Positions 1-9,733 of a DNA stretch of 55,351 nt are shown one piece after another. The notes under the pieces were generated by a model that saw only the letters and a list, made by a program, of their open reading frames with translations, made no database searches and had not been told where the DNA came from. The stretch is from an uncultured Gammaproteobacteria bacterium (GTDB taxonomy: Bacteria; Patescibacteriota; Patescibacteriia; Magasanikbacterales; GWA2-37-8), in the NCBI GenBank assembly GCA_964356495.1, contig CAYHHR010000003.1, forward strand, positions 1 through 55,351, in the 5' to 3' direction. Position numbers and translations under genes: made by a program. How positions within the stretch are numbered: position 1 is the stretch's first letter; each line of letters begins with the position of its first letter.

Positions 1-2
1 TA

Positions 3-986
3 TTTGTCTCCAATACGCCGATGGTCTCCGGTCAATACAAATTCTTCCCGGCGCCTGCTACCTATGTCGTGACCGAGGCGCCTAATGCTAACTATACCGC
101 AGTTTTCTCAGGTGACTGCGACCCCACCGGTCACGTGACGCTGAGTCCGGGAGAAAGTAAATTTTGTTTGATTACCAATACGGCCGTGCTAGTAAAGCCG
201 GTTTTGCCACCGCTAATCGACGTGGTAAAAGTTCCAAGCCCGCTTGCTCTACCAAATGGGCCCGGCTTAGTTACCTATACCTACACGGTTCGTAATATTG
301 GACCTGTTCCGATGAGTAATGTAAAATTAGTCGGTGATACCTGCAGTCCGATTAACCTTGTGTCTGGCGATATCAATAATAATTCTATACTCAATCTGAA
401 TGAAACCTGGATCTTTCGTTGCGCCACGATGATATCTGCCAATCATACTAATACCGTCGTCGCGACCGGCTGGGCCAATGGCATCAGTGCCACCGATATT
501 GCCACCGCGCACGTGATCGTCGGTCTGCCGATCGTACCGCCACTGATCCATGTGACCAAGACCCCAAGCCCGCTCGCTCTCCCGGCTGGTGGAGGCTGGG
601 TAACCTATACTGAAAAAATTACCAACCCCGGAACAGTCGCACTCAACGATGTCCGTCTTAACGATGACAAATGCAGTCCGATGAAGTTTATTTCGGGTGA
701 TACCAATGGCGATGGCAAGCTTAATCCGACCGAAACGTGGACCTATACCTGTCGAACCAAGTTAACCAGAACCACTCTCAATACCGCCACCGCCGTAGGA
801 ACCGCCAATGGCATCGGTGTCAGAGATTTTGCTCTCGCGACCGTGATTGTTCCACTTCCAAAACTTCCGAATACCGGTTTTGCTTCGAGAGAGGATAATT
901 CCTTCTGGAGTTCGCTAATGCTAGCCGCCGGATTCGCATTTGGTTCAGCCTCATTGGTGATAGTTCTCAAAAAACGTAAAATTTAG
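3..986 (+). CDS. LPXTG-type cell-surface protein, probably 5'-truncated by the window edge; two ~120-aa tandem repeat domains (DUF11-like)
   Basis: Frame is open from base 3 to the ATG at 21, and the M21 product has no signal peptide. Repeat 'PPLI(D/H)V(V/T)K.PSPLALP.G.G.VTYT' occurs at aa ~63 and ~184. C-terminus has 'LPNTG' + hydrophobic stretch + 'KKRKI', a sortase sorting signal. Confidence 0.8.
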   Translation, partial: FVSNTPMVSGQYKFFPAPATYVVTEAPNANYTAVFSGDCDPTGHVTLSPGESKFCLITNTAVLVKPVLPPLIDVVKVPSPLALPNGPGLVTYTYTVRNIGPVPMSNVKLVGDTCSPINLVSGDINNNSILNLNETWIFRCATMISANHTNTVVATGWANGISATDIATAHVIVGLPIVPPLIHVTKTPSPLALPAGGGWVTYTEKITNPGTVALNDVRLNDDKCSPMKFISGDTNGDGKLNPTETWTYTCRTKLTRTTLNTATAVGTANGIGVRDFALATVIVPLPKLPNTGFASREDNSFWSSLMLAAGFAFGSASLVIVLKKRKI

Positions 987-1016
987 TCCAGGCATTGACC
1001 TCGGCCTAAGAGTAGC

Positions 1017-1050
1017 AAAGGTCCCCGTCGGTGTGCGGGGCCTTTGTGTT
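1017..1050 (+). terminator. Rho-independent terminator-like hairpin after the surface-protein gene
   Basis: AAAGG(T)CCCCG / CGGGGCCTTT stem with 8-nt loop, followed by a T-rich tail. Confidence 0.5.
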
Positions 1051-1067
1051 GGTGAAGATAAATAAGT

Positions 1068-1697
1068 ATGAATTCAAAAAAATTATTAAAATGGCCGCTG
1101 TTCATAACAGGCGCAGTTTGGATTGCGTTTGGTCCCGCTATTTTTTTCTATTCCCTTTTTGATTTTCCGACTTTAGGCCCATCCGCGCAATCAGCGCCGA
1201 CCTTATATAGCCGTGAAATTTCTGATTCTATTTCGTCTTCTACATTGGCTAGTCCGGGTTTGCCGGTTCGTCTGAAGATTCCAAAGATTAAAGTCAATGC
1301 CGCCGTTGATTATGTTGGTTTGACGCCGGACGGAGCGATGGGCATACCAAAAATTCCACGTAATGTCGCGTGGTATAATCTTGGTCCGCGTCCCGGTGAG
1401 GAGGGGAGCGCGGTAATGGCTGGTCATGTAAATTGGTATAACGGCGCGAAGGCGGTGTTTGTTAATTTATCAAAATTAAAAAAAGGCGACAAAATAATTA
1501 TAACGGATGACAGGGGGGCGACCTCGACTTTTGTTGTAAGACGATTGCGAACCTACCGCTTTGACGAAGATGCTCCGGATGTGTTCTCATCAGACGACGG
1601 CAAGGCGCACCTCAATCTTATTACTTGTGTTGGTGTTTGGAACAAAAAATTAAAAAGCTACTCGAAGCGGTTGGTAGTATTTGCGGATAAGGAGTAA
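1068..1697 (+). CDS. Sortase (membrane-anchored transpeptidase)
   Basis: N-terminal TM helix. 'MAGHV' His, 'LNLITCVG' (TLxTC-type catalytic Cys) and a downstream Arg ('SKRLVVFA'). Lies directly after an LPNTG substrate gene. Confidence 0.85.
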   Translation: MNSKKLLKWPLFITGAVWIAFGPAIFFYSLFDFPTLGPSAQSAPTLYSREISDSISSSTLASPGLPVRLKIPKIKVNAAVDYVGLTPDGAMGIPKIPRNVAWYNLGPRPGEEGSAVMAGHVNWYNGAKAVFVNLSKLKKGDKIIITDDRGATSTFVVRRLRTYRFDEDAPDVFSSDDGKAHLNLITCVGVWNKKLKSYSKRLVVFADKE

Positions 1698-1702
1698 TTT
1701 TA

Positions 1703-3997
1703 TTATAGCAAGGCCGCCTTCAGAAGCCTTCCTGAATCGAGAAGATAAACTGTCTTGGCCGCGGGGTCAATCACCATACCGGTAGGATTTTTTAAGGAGT
1801 CATTGGTTAGCTGTCCGACCAGGTGGCCGTTTTTTTCAAAAATTATCAGGCGTTTATTTTGCGGATCGAGAATATATAGATAAGGAATATCGGTGTAGGT
1901 CCAAAGCCGGGCGCCGGCGCCGAGTGCCGGATCAAGTCCGGAAAGTGAAAGTGGCTGTGAAACACCCTTGGTAAATCTTGCAATTTGGCCGTTGGTTTTT
2001 GAGACGAAGAGATCGCCGTCGATTGCCAGGTCTGAGCCGTCATTTACCGAGACGCTTTTATCTTTTAGCCACTCGGAACCCTGGCCAAAGCCGGTAGTGA
2101 TTGGATCATGGCGGAAAATTGTCCCGTTTTGGATATCGAGCGTATAAAGCCGGCGGTTGTAAATTACAAAACTGCTGAGGTTTGATTTCTTGGTTGGAAA
2201 AGAAATTTCAACCAACTTCGTGGAAAAGTCGCTTGGTTTCAACTGCATCAATTTATTATCGTCATAAAGAAACAAAGCGTAATCATTTTCTTTTGGCGCT
2301 CCCGCCTCGGAAAATCCACTGATCGATGGATAAGTGGAAATCGTTTTTGCGTCGCCATTCATGACATCATAGACAAATAAAGTCGAGGTGTCAGTGGAGT
2401 ATGCGATCAGTTTGTTTTTTATTTTGATAAGTCCGGCCGCGGCGGAAGGCGACATCGGCAAATTTGCAAGCAGCGTGGTATTGAGCGGAAGCACTTTTCG
2501 TAATTTTGTGCCGAGGTCGTTTATTTGTTTCGCGATCTCGGTACATTCCGGTTGCCGTTCGGCAGAATCGCATGGTAATTTACCGAGCAAGTCGCGGGCG
2601 GTTTTAAATTCCGAAAATGCAAGCTCGTCATTTTTGTAAATTAGCGCGTTCTCGACCGAGCTGTGGCGGTCTTTTAGGTCCTGGAGTGAACGGCTAAATG
2701 CTAAATCAGCAGTGATGACGTTTTGGCGGTGGCGAATATAGATGATGCTGACAAGGAATCCGACCGCTAAAATAATCGACCCGAACAGCATAAATTTTGT
2801 CATCAATGGGAGACGGTAAATGTTTTCTTTGAAGCCGCGCCAGCTTTGCCGCCAATTTTCGATAATCGCGGCGCGCCGGTTATTGCGGTTGAAAATAACG
2901 ACAAAAAGTAGAGCGATCACGCGGACCGAATTATAGAAAAAAGCGTAGATCAAGATCAGGAGGCGCAGCAGTATTTGTCCGATGATTTTTAGAATTAGCC
3001 AGATTTTCGCGAGAATCGGCGCGAGCCGGTCGCCGAGGTTTTGATTTTGGGGACGGCGGTGAGAGCCTTGCAGACGAGTGGAGAGGTGGCTCGACATTAT
3101 CTCGGTCGGTTGTTTGTTCCGTGATTCATTAATTTGGGCGTTATCTTCTTTAACCGACTGTTCATCAAGAATGCCCTTAATATTATTGAGTTTTGGAAAT
3201 AGCGAGGGGGATAGGGTGTTGGCGGTGTCGTCTTCGCGGCGAAAAAGTTTCTGCAACGACGCATTTGACGCTCCTTGTTGAGTGGCTGGACGGATTTTTT
3301 TGGCCGCGGCATCGTTCGCGTCCGGCTGAAACAGATTGATAATCAGGCCGCCGAAGGAGTAACCGTTCTTCAGTTCGCCCAGGACTTTCTCCAGATGCTG
3401 AGCGCTCTGCTGAGCGCTGCGCGTCGTAATTATTTTTTCCAGGCGGTCATGACTGAAGAAATCTATCAGGTGCGGGGTGCCGGCGAAAAGATAATCGTTG
3501 GCGCTGAGTTTTCCCTGAATAATTTGCGAGAACAATCCTTCATCATTCGTCGTATCGATATCTTCGCCGTTGCCGCGGATCAGATCCATTTTTTCATAAC
3601 TATCAAGTCCGTTTTTGTAAAAAAGCAGGAGATGAGGGTTGCCGAAGAAACTAAAAACAATTTCTCCCGGGCGTATAGCGCCCACGATACAATGTAAATC
3701 GCCCCGAGCCTTTTCGAGAGTGAACGCTTCACTGTTTAATTTTTCGAGCACGGCTTCGAATGAATCCTTTTCGTCATTGTTCGGAATTTCATAGTATTCG
3801 TTCTCGGCGCGGTCGATCATTTCCTGCAATTTTTTTATGAAAATAGCGTCGGCGTTATTGACTTCGCACAACGCAAAAAAGTAACCTTTTTCGGCCTCTT
3901 CGGGGGTGGAAGGTTCGGTAATGTGAAGCAGGACGTGTGATAAGTCTTGCTTACCGCCTTCGACAAAAAATTCATTTAGTCTGAGAATTGAATCCAT
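1703..3997 (-). CDS. Large membrane protein: degenerate PP2C/SpoIIE-like N-terminal domain, TM block, C-terminal beta-propeller-like repeats; function unknown
   Basis: 764-aa ORF. Hydrophobic helices at aa ~325-420. C-terminal ~300 aa has repeated 'L(Y/F)(I/V)LD..N..I..F'-type blades. N-terminal region resembles the PP2C layout but lacks the metal-binding Asp motifs. Confidence 0.6.
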   Translation of the reverse strand: MDSILRLNEFFVEGGKQDLSHVLLHITEPSTPEEAEKGYFFALCEVNNADAIFIKKLQEMIDRAENEYYEIPNNDEKDSFEAVLEKLNSEAFTLEKARGDLHCIVGAIRPGEIVFSFFGNPHLLLFYKNGLDSYEKMDLIRGNGEDIDTTNDEGLFSQIIQGKLSANDYLFAGTPHLIDFFSHDRLEKIITTRSAQQSAQHLEKVLGELKNGYSFGGLIINLFQPDANDAAAKKIRPATQQGASNASLQKLFRREDDTANTLSPSLFPKLNNIKGILDEQSVKEDNAQINESRNKQPTEIMSSHLSTRLQGSHRRPQNQNLGDRLAPILAKIWLILKIIGQILLRLLILIYAFFYNSVRVIALLFVVIFNRNNRRAAIIENWRQSWRGFKENIYRLPLMTKFMLFGSIILAVGFLVSIIYIRHRQNVITADLAFSRSLQDLKDRHSSVENALIYKNDELAFSEFKTARDLLGKLPCDSAERQPECTEIAKQINDLGTKLRKVLPLNTTLLANLPMSPSAAAGLIKIKNKLIAYSTDTSTLFVYDVMNGDAKTISTYPSISGFSEAGAPKENDYALFLYDDNKLMQLKPSDFSTKLVEISFPTKKSNLSSFVIYNRRLYTLDIQNGTIFRHDPITTGFGQGSEWLKDKSVSVNDGSDLAIDGDLFVSKTNGQIARFTKGVSQPLSLSGLDPALGAGARLWTYTDIPYLYILDPQNKRLIIFEKNGHLVGQLTNDSLKNPTGMVIDPAAKTVYLLDSGRLLKAALL

Positions 3998-4007
3998 GCT
4001 TTTAACG

Positions 4008-4036
4008 TTGACTTACACCATTATTAATAGTATACT
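4008..4036 (+). promoter_or_regulatory. Sigma70-like promoter (TTGACT-17-TATACT)
   Basis: TTGACT at 4008-4013, 17-nt spacer, TATACT at 4031-4036, upstream of the wHTH regulator gene. Confidence 0.55.
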
Positions 4037-4048
4037 ATACAGCGAAGC

Positions 4049-4091
4049 AATTATCAATTATCATTTATCAATTATCAAAAATTGAAAATTG
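4049..4091 (+). repeat. Heptanucleotide tandem array in a 5' leader (AATTATC x4, then AAAATTG x2)
   Basis: Read directly: aattatc aattatc atttatc aattatc aaaaattg aaaattg. Lies between the predicted promoter and the start codon. Confidence 0.8.
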
Positions 4092-4121
4092 AAACATGGT
4101 AATTGGTACATATCGTTGTAT

Positions 4122-4718
4122 ATGCTTGAACACTTTTTTGGTTCAAAGACCAGATTAAAGCTTTTGAAAATATTTTTTCGCTCTCCGGAGCATCCTTTTT
4201 TCGTACGCGAGCTGGCCCGCCTCGCCGGCACGCATTTGCACGCCGTGCGGCGCGAAATCAGCAACCTCCTCAAGCTGAAAATCATTAAGCAAGTTTCGGC
4301 GCATGACGTCGAGCAGAAGCTTGAAGGCACTGAACGTTCAAAATATTTTCAGCTTGACCCGGATTCAGATCTCAACCAGGAACTGGCGGCTCTCCTGAAC
4401 AAAGCCGAGGTGCTCGAGGAGCATGAGTTGGTCGATAAGATTAAATCGGAAGGCGGAAAAATTAAACTTTTTATTTTGACAGGAATTTTCACTGAGGAAA
4501 AAAATATCAGCACCGATATTTTTATCGTCGGCGCTCTGAAGCCGATGATCCTCGCGAAACTGATCAAACGTTACGAAAACGAACTCGGCAAAACGATTCG
4601 CTATACTTTTATGACTGACCGGGAATTCAAAGATCGGCGGCAGATCGGGGATCGGTTCCTGTTTAGCGTGCTGGAAGGTAAACATGAATTTGTCGTCAAC
4701 GATTATAATTTGACGTAA
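4122..4718 (+). CDS. Winged-helix (ArsR/MarR-like) transcriptional regulator with C-terminal domain
   Basis: 'FFRSPEHPFFVRELARLAGTHLHAVRREISNLLKLKII' is a wHTH signature. ATG at 4122 is preferred over the TTG at 4089 used by the ORF track. Confidence 0.6.
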   Translation: MLEHFFGSKTRLKLLKIFFRSPEHPFFVRELARLAGTHLHAVRREISNLLKLKIIKQVSAHDVEQKLEGTERSKYFQLDPDSDLNQELAALLNKAEVLEEHELVDKIKSEGGKIKLFILTGIFTEEKNISTDIFIVGALKPMILAKLIKRYENELGKTIRYTFMTDREFKDRRQIGDRFLFSVLEGKHEFVVNDYNLT

Positions 4719-4720
4719 TT

Positions 4721-5101
4721 ATGCAGATTTTCCTTGATAATACTGAACCAGCGGAGTTGGTTCTTTTCGCTTCCAGGGATGGTGAATCTTTTCATGAATA
4801 TCGAAAATCCGCCGAGGGCGGCGGCAGTATACTCGTAGCGCTTGAGGAAGTCCTCGCTACCGAAAAAGCGACGCTCGCTGATTTGTCCGGGATTGCGGTT
4901 CGTGTTGGAGTCGGGCGGTTCACGGCGACGCGCATCGCAGTGGTATTCGCCAACACGCTTAGTTATTCTCTTCAGATACCAGTTTCTGCCGTTCATGACT
5001 CTGATCCTAAATCAGCTTTCAAAAATTTAATGTCCGCTCCCGCCGGAAAATATATCACGGCGGAATACAGCGCGGAGCCACGTCTCGGAAATAAAAGTTA
5101 A
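4721..5101 (+). CDS. Short TsaB/YeaZ-like protein (t6A biosynthesis accessory, N-terminal domain only)
   Basis: 'IAVRVGVGRFTATRIAVVFANTLSYSLQIPV' resembles the TsaB 'GPGSFTGLRIG..AKGLA....P' core. Only 126 aa. Confidence 0.5.
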   Translation: MQIFLDNTEPAELVLFASRDGESFHEYRKSAEGGGSILVALEEVLATEKATLADLSGIAVRVGVGRFTATRIAVVFANTLSYSLQIPVSAVHDSDPKSAFKNLMSAPAGKYITAEYSAEPRLGNKS

Positions 5102-5103
5102 CT

Positions 5104-6591
5104 ATGCTTTCCCCTTATCAACGTTATCGTTTTTATGAAATTTTGCCGGGCCTAAGCATTTGGCTCACGTTGGTTCTTGGTTTGTTTTTGAGTTTTTTTC
5201 GTCCGCTGTGGATGATTTATATTATTATTATTTTTGATATTTATTGGGTGCTCCGAGTAGTTTATTTTTCTTTTTACACAATTTTATCCTGGAGCCGTTT
5301 TCACAAAGCGGTCAAACTTGATTGGTTCGCCATGCTAAAAAAGGATTTGCCAAACTGGATCGGTAAGATTAACGTGGTATTTTTGCCGATTTATAATGAA
5401 GAATATGGGGTGGTGAAAGCGACGCTCGACGCGCTCAGCGCCTCCAGCTATCCAAGGAATCGTCTTTACGTCGTCCTTTCCGGAGAAGAGCGCAATCTTC
5501 AACATTGGCAGAAAATTCAGGCTGAAATTAAAAAAGATTTTAGTTCATCATTTGCTGACATTCTCTTCTATACGCACCCTGATGGCCTCGCGGGAGAGAT
5601 TCCCGGCAAAGGTTCGAATATCCACCATGCCGAATGGGAATTTAAAAAATTTGCTGACGACAAAGGTTGGAAGTATGAAGACATTATAATTTCGGTTTTT
5701 GATATCGACACTATCGTTCATCCGCAATATTTCGCGCATCTCACCTACATGTACCTGAAGCACCCCAATCCGACGCGCAGTTCTTTCCAGCCGATCACGC
5801 TCTACAACAACAATCTTTGGGATTCGCCGGCGGTGCTGAGGGTGATGGCGTTTGGTACCACTTTTTGGATGCTATTTAGCCTGGCGCGACTTGATAATTT
5901 GGTGACGTTTTCTTCACACAGCATGAGTTTCAAGGCGGCGATCGACGTCGGCGGCCACGCGAAAGATATTATCAGCGAGGATTCGCGGATTTTTTTCCAG
6001 TGCTGGCTCCACTATGGCGGAAATTATGAAGTTAGTCCGCTGTATCTTCCGGTTTCGATGGATACGGTCAGAGACGATCGGATTTGGAACAGTCTCCGAA
6101 ATCTTTATCTGCAACAGCGCCGTTGGGCTTGGGGAGTAGAAAATATTTCTTATTTACTTTGGCAATATGGCAAGCATCCCGAAATCAGCTGGCATAAAAA
6201 ATTAGTCACGCTGTTTCACGAATGGGAAGGGAAGTGGAGCTGGGCGGTGGTCGCCATTTTGATCACTTTTCTCGGCCGCCTGCCGCTTTGGGTTGCCGGC
6301 GATCAGGTTCGTCAGAGCGCGCTTTTTTTCAACACGCCTCACGTGCTCGAGATTCTCATGACCCTTGCCATGGTCGGCCTCCTCGTTTCTCTGGTTATCA
6401 GCATGCTCCTCTTGCCGCCGCGTCCGGAGCATCGCGGCCAGCACAACTATCTGTTCATGATGTTACAATGGGCTCTCACGCCGGTGTCGCTTTTATTGTT
6501 TTCATCAATCCCGTGTCTCGATGCCGTGACGCATCTCATGCTTGGACGTTATCTTGGATTTAATGTTTCAGTGAAAAAGAGATCGCTGTGA
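5104..6591 (+). CDS. Membrane-embedded family 2 glycosyltransferase (processive, cellulose/chitin-synthase-like)
   Basis: N- and C-terminal TM helices. 'VVFLPIYNEE', 'VFDIDT' and 'QQRRWAWG' (QxxRW) motifs. Confidence 0.75.
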   Translation: MLSPYQRYRFYEILPGLSIWLTLVLGLFLSFFRPLWMIYIIIIFDIYWVLRVVYFSFYTILSWSRFHKAVKLDWFAMLKKDLPNWIGKINVVFLPIYNEEYGVVKATLDALSASSYPRNRLYVVLSGEERNLQHWQKIQAEIKKDFSSSFADILFYTHPDGLAGEIPGKGSNIHHAEWEFKKFADDKGWKYEDIIISVFDIDTIVHPQYFAHLTYMYLKHPNPTRSSFQPITLYNNNLWDSPAVLRVMAFGTTFWMLFSLARLDNLVTFSSHSMSFKAAIDVGGHAKDIISEDSRIFFQCWLHYGGNYEVSPLYLPVSMDTVRDDRIWNSLRNLYLQQRRWAWGVENISYLLWQYGKHPEISWHKKLVTLFHEWEGKWSWAVVAILITFLGRLPLWVAGDQVRQSALFFNTPHVLEILMTLAMVGLLVSLVISMLLLPPRPEHRGQHNYLFMMLQWALTPVSLLLFSSIPCLDAVTHLMLGRYLGFNVSVKKRSL

Positions 6592-6602
6592 AAAAATTAT
6601 TA

Positions 6603-6623
6603 ATTTAGGATTTAGGATTTTTT
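6603..6623 (+). repeat. Heptamer repeat in the mreB leader (ATTTAGG x2 + ATTTTTT)
   Basis: Read directly from the sequence. Confidence 0.6.
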
Positions 6624-6630
6624 ATAACGT

Positions 6631-7638
6631 ATGTTCATCAAAAAAATCGGCATTGATCTTGGGACGACGAACGTTCTTGTTTATATTCCGAAAAAAGGCA
6701 TTGTGGTAAACGAGCCTAGCGTGGTGGCGATTTCAAAAATTGACGGCAAGGTTCTCGCGGTCGGCCTCGAAGCCAAAGATATGATCGGCCGCACGCCCGA
6801 CGGGATTGTTGCCGAGCGTCCTTTGAAGGACGGCGTGATTGCCAACTATCATACCACTGAGGCGATGCTTCGATATTTTATAAATAAGGCGATGGGAGGC
6901 GTTCGGCTTTTTCGTCCGGAGGTAATGGTGGCGGTGCCGGGCGGAATTACTTCGACCGAGCGTCGCGCGGTGATTGACGCGACGATCGCGGCCGGCGCGC
7001 GGGCGGCTTACATTATCAAAGAGCCAATAGTAGCGGCGATCGGCGCTGATATCCCAATCGGGGCGGCGTCGGGCCACATGATTATTGATATCGGCGGCGG
7101 TACCGCGGAAATCGCCGTTATTTCACTGGGCGGAATTGTTTCTTCCGGATCGGTCAGAATCGGGGGTAACAAATTTGATCAATCTATGGTAGAATACATT
7201 CGTCACAAGTACAATCTTGCGATTGGCGAACGTAGCGCTGAAGAAATCAAAATTGCCGTTGGTTCGGCGGTGTACATGGATAATCCGATGACTTATGAAG
7301 TAAAGGGACGGGATATGGTTACCGGCCTGCCGCGGATTGTCATGGTTAAATCCGATGATACGACCGAAGCTCTGCAGCACGATCTCGAACTTTTGGTGAA
7401 TGCCATCAAGGAAGTTTTGTATCGCACTCCGCCTGAGCTGTCAGCTGACGTGATGGACAAAGGAATTATTCTTTCCGGCGGTTCGGCCCTGCTTCGCAAT
7501 CTCGATGTGCTTATAGCCGACGCGACCGGCGTGCCGACTTATGTTGCCGACGAACCGCTTCTTTGTGTGGCCAAGGGTACCGGGATCGCTCTTGAAAATT
7601 TAGACAGTTACAAGCGTAGTATTTTAGCAACGAAATAA
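6631..7638 (+). CDS. mreB: Rod-shape-determining actin homologue MreB
   Basis: 'GIDLGTTNVLVY', 'VAVPGGITSTERRAV', 'IDIGGGTAEIAVISLGG' and 'GIILSGGSALLRNLD' are actin-fold phosphate/adenosine motifs. Confidence 0.95.
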   Translation: MFIKKIGIDLGTTNVLVYIPKKGIVVNEPSVVAISKIDGKVLAVGLEAKDMIGRTPDGIVAERPLKDGVIANYHTTEAMLRYFINKAMGGVRLFRPEVMVAVPGGITSTERRAVIDATIAAGARAAYIIKEPIVAAIGADIPIGAASGHMIIDIGGGTAEIAVISLGGIVSSGSVRIGGNKFDQSMVEYIRHKYNLAIGERSAEEIKIAVGSAVYMDNPMTYEVKGRDMVTGLPRIVMVKSDDTTEALQHDLELLVNAIKEVLYRTPPELSADVMDKGIILSGGSALLRNLDVLIADATGVPTYVADEPLLCVAKGTGIALENLDSYKRSILATK

Positions 7639-7652
7639 TATTAGTATGTAGT

Positions 7653-8741
7653 ATGGTCATCGGCATTGAAGCCGCTCACGCCAATCAGGCGGAGCGGACC
7701 GGTGTGGAGGAGTATTGTTTCCAAATTATCGAAGCCTTGAAAAAGGTGATACCTTCCGATGTGAAGGTAACTTTGTATGCCAACTCGCCTCTTCGCGAGG
7801 ATATGATGGCACTGCCCGCAAACTGGTCGGTGAAGATTTTACATTGGCCGTTTTCTAAATCATGGACTCAGCTACGGTTGTCGTGGCATTTTTTATTTCA
7901 TAAACCGGATATTTTTTTCTCTCCCGGCCAAATTTTGCCGATCATTTGTCCCGAAAAAACTATCACGATGGTGCACGATAGTGCTTTCATGGCATATCCG
8001 CGGGCTTATGGGTTTCTGTCCCGTCTCTATCTTCGGGCGATGAACAGGAGAATTATCAAAAAGTCGTCTACCATTATCACTTCCACTGAATTCAACAAAA
8101 ATGAATTGATGAAATTTTATGGAACAAGAGTCGGTAAAAAAGTAATCGTGGTTCCGCTCGGCTTCAATACGGTCCAGCCGCCGCCGAAATTTGATCCGAA
8201 AAAATTCGGCATTAACAAACCCTATATCCTTAGTGTCGGTCGTCTTGAAACCAAGAAAAATACCAAATATTTAATTCAAGCTTTTTGCGTGATGAAGCAG
8301 TCGGTCGATATCCAGCTGGTGCTGGTCGGCCGGCCGGGCGTCGGCTATGGTCCGATCGCGAGGCAGATTAAGCAGTGTCCATATGTGGAGGACATTGTCC
8401 GTCTCGGCTATATCGATCGTCCGGATTTGTCGGGGCTTTTCAAAAATGCCATCGCTTTTGTTTTTCCTTCGATTTATGAGGGTTTTGGTTTCCCACTGCT
8501 TGAAGCTTTGTCGCTCGGCACGCCGGCGATCGCGGCGGATATTGAAGCGCTCCGCGAAGTTGGCGGTTCCTCCTGTGTCTATGTGGATCCTTTTGACATA
8601 AAATTATTATCCGATACGATTTTGGAGCTGGTAAAGAATTCAGGCAATCAAATTAAATTTAGTCACGAAGGCAGAGAGCGCGCCGCGCAGTATTCCTGGG
8701 AGAAGGCGGCGAATCAAACCTGGGAGGTTATTGCCAGTTAA
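7653..8741 (+). CDS. GT-B fold glycosyltransferase (family 4/1)
   Basis: C-terminal 'FVFPSIYEGFGFPLLEALSLGTPAIA' is an E-x7-E type motif. Confidence 0.85.
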   Translation: MVIGIEAAHANQAERTGVEEYCFQIIEALKKVIPSDVKVTLYANSPLREDMMALPANWSVKILHWPFSKSWTQLRLSWHFLFHKPDIFFSPGQILPIICPEKTITMVHDSAFMAYPRAYGFLSRLYLRAMNRRIIKKSSTIITSTEFNKNELMKFYGTRVGKKVIVVPLGFNTVQPPPKFDPKKFGINKPYILSVGRLETKKNTKYLIQAFCVMKQSVDIQLVLVGRPGVGYGPIARQIKQCPYVEDIVRLGYIDRPDLSGLFKNAIAFVFPSIYEGFGFPLLEALSLGTPAIAADIEALREVGGSSCVYVDPFDIKLLSDTILELVKNSGNQIKFSHEGRERAAQYSWEKAANQTWEVIAS

Positions 8742-8780
8742 TCAACTTTCTGTTACGATAGCCATAGTTTTAGGAATTTT

Positions 8781-9722
8781 GTGATCATCGGACATCGCCA
8801 CATTTTGAACTTTTTTGAAACAGCCGCTCAGCGCGGCCAGTTGAGTCATGCGTATGGATTTATCGGCCCCCGCGGTATTGGCAAGCGCGCGGTCGCGTAT
8901 GAGATTGCCGCGCGACTGCTAAATGTTTCCGAAGATAAACTGGCGCGTAATCCCGATTTCATTTTGGTTCAGCGCGGCGAGGATGAGAAAACCGGCAAGT
9001 TAAAAAAGGAAATTACCGTTGCGGAGGCGCGCGAACTGAAGAAAAGCCTTCAGCATACCTCGTGGCAAAAAGGCAATCGGGTCATCGTCATTGACGGCGC
9101 CGAGTTTCTAAACTCAGAGTCCGGGAACGCGCTTCTGAAGTTGTTGGAGGAGCCGCCGGAGAGAATATTTTTTATTCTTCTGATTGAAAATGAAGGAGCG
9201 GTTTTGTCCACAATTCGTTCGCGTCTGCAGTTATTTTATTTTTCCTTGGTCAAGACACTGGAGATTTCGACGGCTTTGGAGTTGAGAGGCGTACCATCCG
9301 AACAGGCGGAAATTTACGCGCGTCGAGCGCATGGTCGGCCCGGTAGAGCGCTGTCATTCATGGAAAATGAAAATGCCGAACGTTATGATGACCTCTTAGA
9401 AACTTTTCAGAAATTAGTCGGCGCGCCGTTTTATAAAAAAATTCAGCTGATTGAAAAATTATACGGCGCCAAGGAAGACGGCGAACGGGGTCGTACTGAG
9501 TGGCAGGAAATTTTGGAGACCTGGATTTCATGGTTCCGCGATTGGCTTCTGAAGAAGCATGGCGCGGCGCAGTTTGCCGGCGAACCGAAGCTTTCCGCGG
9601 GAATTAGTTTTTCCAGCAGCGAACTGGTCAATATAATCGATAGTTTTCAGCGAACCAAGAAATTGCTCCACCAGAACGCGCACCCGCGGCTCGCGATTGA
9701 ATCCGCTTTATTAAAAATTTAA
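8781..9722 (+). CDS. holB: DNA polymerase III delta' subunit
   Basis: GTG start. 'GPRGIGKR' degenerate P-loop and 'GNALLKLLEEPP' clamp-loader motif. Confidence 0.8.
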   Translation: MIIGHRHILNFFETAAQRGQLSHAYGFIGPRGIGKRAVAYEIAARLLNVSEDKLARNPDFILVQRGEDEKTGKLKKEITVAEARELKKSLQHTSWQKGNRVIVIDGAEFLNSESGNALLKLLEEPPERIFFILLIENEGAVLSTIRSRLQLFYFSLVKTLEISTALELRGVPSEQAEIYARRAHGRPGRALSFMENENAERYDDLLETFQKLVGAPFYKKIQLIEKLYGAKEDGERGRTEWQEILETWISWFRDWLLKKHGAAQFAGEPKLSAGISFSSSELVNIIDSFQRTKKLLHQNAHPRLAIESALLKI

Positions 9723-9733
9723 AATTTATTTTT

